Source: Verrucomicrobiales bacterium
GTDB lineage: Bacteria > Verrucomicrobiota > Verrucomicrobiia > Verrucomicrobiales > V1-33
Length of the DNA: 12,659 nt
Direction of reading: 5' to 3'
NCBI GenBank assembly: GCA_031411295.1
Contig: JANOAV010000007.1
Span: forward strand, 1-12,659
Positions 6,856-12,659 of the stretch are shown piece after piece. A program made the position numbers and the translations under genes. The notes below the pieces were generated by a model. That model was not told the origin of the DNA. It worked only from the letters and a program-made list of their open reading frames with translations, and ran no database searches. Position 1 is the stretch's first letter; every line of letters begins with the position of its first letter.

Positions 6856-9800
6856 ATGCCACCGCGCCCGTCTCTCCTCCTGCCACTTCTTCCGCTCACC
6901 GTCCTGCTGCTCAGCCTGGCCAGCGTGGTGGCCCGTGCGGAGGAAGAACCAGATGTGGAACCGGCCCCGGAAGTTGTGGCTCCGCCGGCTAATGGCGTGA
7001 TCCGCATTCAGGGTCAGGGCCAGATTCAGCTCAAGGGTGGCGGCATGATCCGCATTCAGGGGGGAAACTTACAGATCAATGCGCTCCAAGTGCAGGGTGG
7101 TGATGCCGTTGCCGTCGAAAACCCACCCTGGCTCGGAATCCAAATGGAAGTCCGCGCCAATCTGGATCTTGACGAAGACGAAGCGCCCCCACCTGGCGTA
7201 GGCGTGATCGACGTCATTGCCAAAGGACCCGCGGCCAAGGCTGGCCTCAAGGCCTTCGACCGCGTTCTCAAGATCGATGACAAAGAACTCAAGGACGAAC
7301 AGGATTTACGAACCACGGTCCGCGCCAACAAGCCCGGCGCCACCCTTAAGCTGAGGATCTTGCGGGAGGGTAAAGAACAGGACCTGAAGGTTGAACTCGA
7401 AGCCATGCCAGCGGAAGCCAACCTCGGCTTCCTGCAGGGGAGCTTCAATGGCAGCAACAAGCCGGACAAGATTCATTTTTACAATCTTCCTAACACCGCC
7501 GCCGATGCCATCGCTCTGGACGTCGTCGTCCTAAGGGATGGGAATCGACTGGAAGGCAACCTGCTCTCCATCAACGGGAACGAAGCCATCCTGCGCCTGG
7601 CCGCAGGCCCGGAAGTCCCGCTGGATCTGGCCTTCGTCCAATCAATTCGCCTCCTCGGCGGAGCCCGTCCCAAAAGCCTCCCCGCCACCATCCAACTCAC
7701 CGATGGCAGCAGTCTGGCGGGCAGTGAACTCAGCCTGCAAGACGGCAAGTTGGCCCTGAATTTTGAAAACCAGCAGTTCATTTCCCTACCGCGAGAAAAC
7801 GTCAGTGAAGCGGCCGCCTCGACCACCGAAGCTCCCGTTTTTTACCGGGGACCGCAACTCGATGACGGTTGGAAAAGCCTTCCCGAGAAAGGCTGGACTT
7901 TCGAAAACAACGGGTGGCGGAAACCGCAGGCTCCAACGGCCACCCTCTCGCGGAAATTCTCCGAACTGCCGCCAGCGATGGAACTGCAATTCGACTGCCC
8001 CGTGCTGACCAATGCCGGCTTCGAGCTCTGGCTCTTTGCTCCCAAATTGGATAACCGCGGCATTTCCGCACCCGGTCTGGTGCAGATTCGTTGGAACATG
8101 GATTCCCTCACACTGGGAACCTTCGACGGTCAACGCTTCTACACCCTCGAATCCACCAGCAAACTCCCCAAGCCAGATAAAATTGACCTAACGCAACCGC
8201 ACCACTTCAGCGTCTTCGCGAATCGCACTGACGGACGCTTGGCGATCTTTCGGAATGAACATTTACTCGGAGAATACAGCATGGGCACCGTTACGCGGGA
8301 AGACTTTCCGCGCGCGGGCCGCGTCATCCAATTCAATGCCGGCGGGGAATTTGGTTTAGCCAATATCCGGCTGCGCCAGTGGTCCGGCCAACTGCCGCAG
8401 CGCCCGGCCACGGAACCCCTAAACTCCGATTTCCTCGCCATGGGAAATGATGCCGCGCAACAAGGCAAACTGGTCAGCCTAAACAGTTCCGAGGTCCTCT
8501 TCCAAGACCAAGCCTCGGCACCGAGAAAACTTCCACTCAGCCTGCGACTTCAGCCCGGCCCCCAGCCTCCCCCGGCCCCGGGCCCCATCTACGTGGAAAC
8601 CCGGCAGGGCAGTTCCTTTGGGGCTTCGGCCATAAAAATCGTCGATAAATCACTCATCGCTACCACCACTTTTGCGGGCGAAGTTTCCCTGCCCACGATC
8701 CAACTGCGGCTGCTGGAATTCCGCAATCCCGCCGCCAAACCTCAGGGAAAGCCCACCCAGCTCGACGTTCTCACCTTTCAAGACGGACGCCAACTCACGG
8801 GCACCTTCACCCCACCCATCGTCGCAGGCCGCGTGCCCTGGAGCATCTCCGCAGCCAAGCAACCGCTCCAGTTTGAACTCAGCGCCATCCGTTCCCTCTT
8901 CCTTGCCCCCCGCGCAGAATCAGCGCCCGCACCTGGCCAAGTCATTCGACTACACAACGGAGACTGGTTCCCCGCTGAGGTCAGCGGCATCGACGCCACC
9001 ACGCTAACCTTGAAGACCGCCTTCGCCTCCGAGTGGAAACTTTCCCGGACCGAAATCGCCAGCATTTACAGCCAGCCCGCCGCCAAGGTCGTGGCGGACG
9101 GAGCCAGTGGGCGCAAACGCTGGCGCGAAACCTCCACCGCTGGCGGAAACTTCGCCACCTTCAACGCGGATGAGTCATTTCCCCAGCAGGTCTATGCTTA
9201 TCAAGACGGCACCTACCGCCTGCGCAATTCAGGCAATAACGACGGCAATCAAACGGGGCTGGCCCTGCCGCTTCCGCCTGAAGCCAATGACGGAACCTCC
9301 ATCGAGTTCACCATCAGTGGAACCCAAAGCTGGACCGTCTTCAGCCTCATGGACGCGCGCGGAGAAGGGGCCTTCTCCCTCTATGCCTCAGGCGATACCA
9401 TGCGGGTGACCCGCATTAAATCGGGAAACAATCTGGGGAACCGGAAAATGGATCAATTCCAGTTTAACATCCCCGATGCGGCCGGAGGTCAGACCACCAA
9501 GCCTCAGCGCTATCAAGTCGTGCTCGACAAGATCAACTCCAGCGTCCATATCGGCCTCAACGGCCGCCGTTTGGGAACCTGCAAACTCAAAGCGGACGAT
9601 CCTTGGACCGAGATAACAAAACTCGTTTTCTTCCCCACCACCTTCGGCAACTCCAATTTCCGCCTCTCCGACGTCTGGGTCTCGCCTTGGAGCGGCTCCC
9701 TGGTCAGTCCGGCCCTTCCGCCCACCGATCTGGTCTCACTCGCCTTTGCCAATGGAGATACCACTCAGGGAAAGTTGCTCACCCTGTCCGACACCGCAGC

Positions 9801-10044
9801 TGAGATCGATACTGAAGCCGTCGGACCGCTCACGCTGCCCCTCCCCCGCATCCGCAGCATCGACTTCGGCGGCTCCGCTACCCTTTCCTCCCCCAAGTAT
9901 CGCCTGCGCCTCTACGACCGGGGACAAATCTCCGGCTCGGAACTCAGCTTCACCGACCAAACGGCCGTCCTCACTACGGTCCATGGACCAGTCACGATCC
10001 CCATCTCCATGGTGAAGGAAATCATCCTCGCCAAAGTCGAGTAA
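6856..10044 (+). CDS. Large secreted PDZ-domain protein with an internally duplicated beta-rich body
   Basis: Signal peptide ending VVARA-EE. HtrA-like PDZ (PWLGIQM..GVGVIDVIAKGPAAKAGLKAFDRVLKID..LRILREGK, ~7126-7401). Eight short 'l.l.(D/N)G..l.G.l' beta modules in four pairs around two larger beta-rich cores, each core ending in WSG. Confidence 0.85.
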   Translation: MPPRPSLLLPLLPLTVLLLSLASVVARAEEEPDVEPAPEVVAPPANGVIRIQGQGQIQLKGGGMIRIQGGNLQINALQVQGGDAVAVENPPWLGIQMEVRANLDLDEDEAPPPGVGVIDVIAKGPAAKAGLKAFDRVLKIDDKELKDEQDLRTTVRANKPGATLKLRILREGKEQDLKVELEAMPAEANLGFLQGSFNGSNKPDKIHFYNLPNTAADAIALDVVVLRDGNRLEGNLLSINGNEAILRLAAGPEVPLDLAFVQSIRLLGGARPKSLPATIQLTDGSSLAGSELSLQDGKLALNFENQQFISLPRENVSEAAASTTEAPVFYRGPQLDDGWKSLPEKGWTFENNGWRKPQAPTATLSRKFSELPPAMELQFDCPVLTNAGFELWLFAPKLDNRGISAPGLVQIRWNMDSLTLGTFDGQRFYTLESTSKLPKPDKIDLTQPHHFSVFANRTDGRLAIFRNEHLLGEYSMGTVTREDFPRAGRVIQFNAGGEFGLANIRLRQWSGQLPQRPATEPLNSDFLAMGNDAAQQGKLVSLNSSEVLFQDQASAPRKLPLSLRLQPGPQPPPAPGPIYVETRQGSSFGASAIKIVDKSLIATTTFAGEVSLPTIQLRLLEFRNPAAKPQGKPTQLDVLTFQDGRQLTGTFTPPIVAGRVPWSISAAKQPLQFELSAIRSLFLAPRAESAPAPGQVIRLHNGDWFPAEVSGIDATTLTLKTAFASEWKLSRTEIASIYSQPAAKVVADGASGRKRWRETSTAGGNFATFNADESFPQQVYAYQDGTYRLRNSGNNDGNQTGLALPLPPEANDGTSIEFTISGTQSWTVFSLMDARGEGAFSLYASGDTMRVTRIKSGNNLGNRKMDQFQFNIPDAAGGQTTKPQRYQVVLDKINSSVHIGLNGRRLGTCKLKADDPWTEITKLVFFPTTFGNSNFRLSDVWVSPWSGSLVSPALPPTDLVSLAFANGDTTQGKLLTLSDTAAEIDTEAVGPLTLPLPRIRSIDFGGSATLSSPKYRLRLYDRGQISGSELSFTDQTAVLTTVHGPVTIPISMVKEIILAKVE

Positions 10045-10098
10045 CCTCCCTGCCCGGCTACATTGCGGGTCAATTTTTCCACCCGGGTAAAAAGTTTG

Positions 10099-10126
10099 TT
10101 GTGAGAAAGACCTCCCGCGCTAGTAT
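10099..10126 (+). promoter_or_regulatory. Possible sigma70 promoter for the toxin/immunity-like pair, leaderless spacing
   Basis: TTGTGA (10099-10104), 16-nt spacer, TAGTAT (10121-10126), then 7 nt to ATG 10134. Confidence 0.45.
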
Positions 10127-10133
10127 TCCCCGC

Positions 10134-10904
10134 ATGAAACTCCCCTTAATCCTAACCCTGCTACTAACTTGGCTCTGCGGCCTGAGTGGCCCCTTGGTTG
10201 CAGTCGAAGTCAGCGGCGCGCCCTCGGTGACCCCGGCGGAAAAATCCGTTACCCTCCAGTGGACCACAGATATCGAGTGCGGCACCCTGCTTAAATTTGG
10301 GCTGAACAAGAACGCGCTGAACCGAAAGGTGGAAGGTGACGTCGGACTGAAACATGTGGTGCAGGCCAACGAACTGCTGCCGGGCACCCAGTATTTCTAC
10401 ACCATCGGCACCTCGAAAAAGCCCCTCCTCGAGGGCACCTTCACCACTAAGGGAACGCCGCCCAAGGGCGCTGCGGTGCCGGAACCCAAGCCTGAAGCCA
10501 AGCCCCAGACGAAGCAGGTGGAACCCCAGTCCGTGGCGAAACCGCCTGCGCCCCCCGCCGCCAAACCCACTTACACCGCACCGCCCACCAACAAAACCTG
10601 GGGAGATAAATACTCGCTAACGGACCACTTTGTGCGTCACGGCAAGGACTTTGGGGCCAAGGATGCGGATGATTATGCCGCCAAGGCTTGGCTCTTTCTG
10701 CAACGAGCCATGGACGACGGACTGCCCGCCAAATTGGACGAGAGCGATGGCACCATCCGCGTCTGGGAAGGAAAATCCCGCTCGTTTGCCGCTTACAATC
10801 GTAATTTCACCACCAAGACCTATTTCAAACCCAACAGCGGGGACTACTTTGATCGTCAACCTGGCAAGCCCGTGCGGCTGCGCCATGCCCCGCCAAAACC
10901 TTAA
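10134..10904 (+). CDS. Secreted protein: signal peptide + Fn3-like (purple acid phosphatase N-terminal type) domain + Pro/Lys linker + putative polymorphic-toxin nuclease-like C-terminal domain
   Basis: Signal MKLPLILTLLLTWLCGLSGPLVA. Fn3-like pattern SVTLQWTTD..LKFG..HVVQANELLPGTQYFYTIG..FTT. Linker PEPKPEAKP..PPAPPAAKP. C-terminal LTDHFVRHGKDFG..DYAAKAWLF..DGTIRVW..FAAYN..TKTYFKP..YFDRQ. ATG 10134 preferred over GTG 10101. The CDS is secure; the toxin function is inferred. Confidence 0.7.
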   Translation: MKLPLILTLLLTWLCGLSGPLVAVEVSGAPSVTPAEKSVTLQWTTDIECGTLLKFGLNKNALNRKVEGDVGLKHVVQANELLPGTQYFYTIGTSKKPLLEGTFTTKGTPPKGAAVPEPKPEAKPQTKQVEPQSVAKPPAPPAAKPTYTAPPTNKTWGDKYSLTDHFVRHGKDFGAKDADDYAAKAWLFLQRAMDDGLPAKLDESDGTIRVWEGKSRSFAAYNRNFTTKTYFKPNSGDYFDRQPGKPVRLRHAPPKP

Positions 10905-10916
10905 CCCCAACGCCCC

Positions 10917-11309
10917 ATGGCTCACACTTGCTTAGTCTGCTCCTACCCGAAATTAAAAAGCCCGCCCCACTCCCCCAGCGGCGGCGGATCATATGAGATT
11001 TGCCCTTCCTGTGGGTATCAATACGGCGTGGATGATGATGATCGTGGCATCACGCCCGAGGAATGGCGTCGCACTTGGATTGCCAATGGGGCCCACTGGA
11101 GCAGCCAGGGAATTCAGGCCCCGACGGATTGGAAATTTGGTGACGTGGCCCCCCAGCCAACATCCGTTAAGAATCCTGCCAAAAAGGCCGCCAAAGCCAC
11201 TCCAGCCAAACCCACGCCTCCCGTCAAAACCAAACTTGCCTTAGCTACTAAAACGACTACCGCAAAAAAGGCCGCGAAAAAAGCCCCCTCAAAGAAAAAA
11301 ACGCGCTAA
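10917..11309 (+). CDS. Four-cysteine (CPCC-like) putative immunity protein with a Lys/Ala/Pro-rich histone-H1-like tail
   Basis: CLVC..L..PP..SYEICPSCGYQYGVDD..WRRTWIANGAHWSS..P.DW in the first ~73 aa, then PAKKAAKATPAKP..AKKAAKKAPSKKKTR. No signal peptide. Starts 12 nt after the upstream stop. Confidence 0.7.
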   Translation: MAHTCLVCSYPKLKSPPHSPSGGGSYEICPSCGYQYGVDDDDRGITPEEWRRTWIANGAHWSSQGIQAPTDWKFGDVAPQPTSVKNPAKKAAKATPAKPTPPVKTKLALATKTTTAKKAAKKAPSKKKTR

Positions 11310-11388
11310 GATTCGACGCGACGCACGCTTACGTTGTCAGACAACCCACGTCCGTCCCTCTCCACCCTCCCTCACCCACCGTTGGCTT

Positions 11389-12477
11389 ATGAGCCTCATT
11401 AGCCTTAACACTCTAGATCTCGTTATCGATGCGCCCACTTCCCGGCGGTCCTTCCTGCGGCAAGCGGGCTTGGTGACTGCCGGCACGTGGCTGGCCACTG
11501 CCGCCGGACGACTGCATGCCGCCACTCCTGCCTTCGAATGGAAAGTAGTCACCTACAACGAGCGTGACTACGTCTCTCTCAAGGACGTCGCTACCTTCTA
11601 TCGTTTCAGCCGATTGGAACGCGACGGTCGGCACGTCTGGTTACGTTCCCCGGCCTTGCAAATGAAGGCCTCAGTGGATTCGGATGAACTCTTTCTCAAC
11701 AACGTTAAATTCTGCTTGAGCTATCCAGTGCTGGAGAAAGAAGGCTTGACCCTGCTCTCCCGCTTGGATTTGGCCAAGCTCTTGGATCCAGTCATCCGCC
11801 CCACCTATATCAACAATCCTATTATCTTCGATACGGTGGTCATTGATGCTGGTCATGGAGGTCAGGACTCTGGCACCAAAGGGATTTTCGGTTGGGAAAA
11901 GGACTACACCTTGGACACGGCCCATCGATTGGCCAAGATCGTAACCGCTCAGGGGCTCAAAGCCAAATTCACTCGCAACGACGATACGTTTATTGAGAAA
12001 AACGAGCGCTTCCGCATCGCCAACGGCACCCCGAAGAGCGTGTTCGTCAGCATCCACTATAACTCCACGCCGGGTCGGGACAAATCCGCCTCCGGGGTGG
12101 AGACCTATGCCCTCTCACCCTCCGGCACCGCCTCAACCGACCAGAAGAATCGCCCCACCGATGGCCTAACGATGCAGGGGAACAGCCGGGATGCGGAGAA
12201 TATTGCCCTCGCAACTGCGGTCCACGCCATGGTGCTCTTCAAAATCAAGTGCATCGACCGTGGCATCCGTCGCGCCCGCTGGACCGTGCTGACGGGGTTG
12301 GAGCGCGCGGGCGTCCTCTTCGAAGGCGGCTTTGTGACCAACCCGGACGAATGCGCGAAAATCAACACCGGAGACTATCGCGACCTGTTGGCCGACTCTA
12401 TTTTTGGCGGGGTCATGAATTATCGTAAGGCGCTGCTAAAACGCAATGCCATGAAGACTCCTGCTGGCGGGAACTAG
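11389..12477 (+). CDS. N-acetylmuramoyl-L-alanine amidase (Amidase_3) with twin-arginine signal and N-terminal accessory domain
   Basis: Tat motif SRRSFL, hydrophobic stretch and LHA-A cleavage site. Accessory region beginning YVSLKDVATFY. Catalytic motifs VVIDAGHGGQDSG, WEKD, FVSIHYN, GVETY and VLFEGGF. Confidence 0.92.
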   Translation: MSLISLNTLDLVIDAPTSRRSFLRQAGLVTAGTWLATAAGRLHAATPAFEWKVVTYNERDYVSLKDVATFYRFSRLERDGRHVWLRSPALQMKASVDSDELFLNNVKFCLSYPVLEKEGLTLLSRLDLAKLLDPVIRPTYINNPIIFDTVVIDAGHGGQDSGTKGIFGWEKDYTLDTAHRLAKIVTAQGLKAKFTRNDDTFIEKNERFRIANGTPKSVFVSIHYNSTPGRDKSASGVETYALSPSGTASTDQKNRPTDGLTMQGNSRDAENIALATAVHAMVLFKIKCIDRGIRRARWTVLTGLERAGVLFEGGFVTNPDECAKINTGDYRDLLADSIFGGVMNYRKALLKRNAMKTPAGGN

Positions 12478-12659
12478 ACAAAGCGTGGCTGGAACATGAG
12501 TTGGAGTCCCGCTTTTAAACCAATGCCTTTAAGGATTCAAAAATATCTGGAATTCTGTAATTTCCCATGGCGCCCTGCCAGCTTCTGATGGATTGGGCGG
12601 ATGCCCCATAACTCCCTGCCGCTTCCCGCATTCTTTTCCAATTTCGCCGCAGCCTTTGC

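Noticed and set aside
6572..7000. 142-aa plus-strand ORF, and the 6550-6732, 6593-6886 and 6643-6855 ORFs
   Set aside because: They overlap the PDZ gene start, its promoter or the small gene and have non-protein-like composition. The 54-aa ORF at 6609-6773 explains the interval better.
10204..10448. Calling 10134-10904 a purple acid phosphatase
   Set aside because: Only the Fn3-like N-terminal domain pattern is present. No metallophosphoesterase motifs (GDxxY, GNHE/D, GHxH) follow.
12478..12659. Non-coding 3' end as an ncRNA or regulatory element
   Set aside because: Only short imperfect inverted repeats. No recognisable RNA family, terminator or ORF, and the context is truncated by the window edge.

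Overview
GC-rich bacterial window, probably Verrucomicrobiota/PVC (inferred from gene style and C-rich, Shine-Dalgarno-less start regions), dominated by cell-envelope genes. In order: a truncated REP-like inverted pair; RluE-type pseudouridine synthase and a membrane-anchored Amidase_3 on the minus strand; then on the plus strand a secreted 4xLysM protein with an intrinsic terminator, stand-alone carA, an NfeD-like/SPFH (YbbJ/QmcA-type) pair, a secreted helical hypothetical protein, a 54-aa membrane protein missed by the ORF track, a 1062-aa secreted PDZ protein built from a tandem ~415-aa duplication, a two-gene toxin/immunity-like module, and a Tat-signal Amidase_3. The best candidate for an undescribed system is 10134-11309. 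It encodes a Sec-signal protein with an Fn3-like domain, a Pro/Lys linker and a C-terminal domain resembling CdiA/Rhs-type nuclease toxin tips. It is followed 12 nt later by a four-cysteine immunity-like protein carrying a histone-H1-like basic tail. Several genes also look leaderless (-10 box 6-10 nt before the ATG). All family assignments come from motif recognition by eye; no searches were run.
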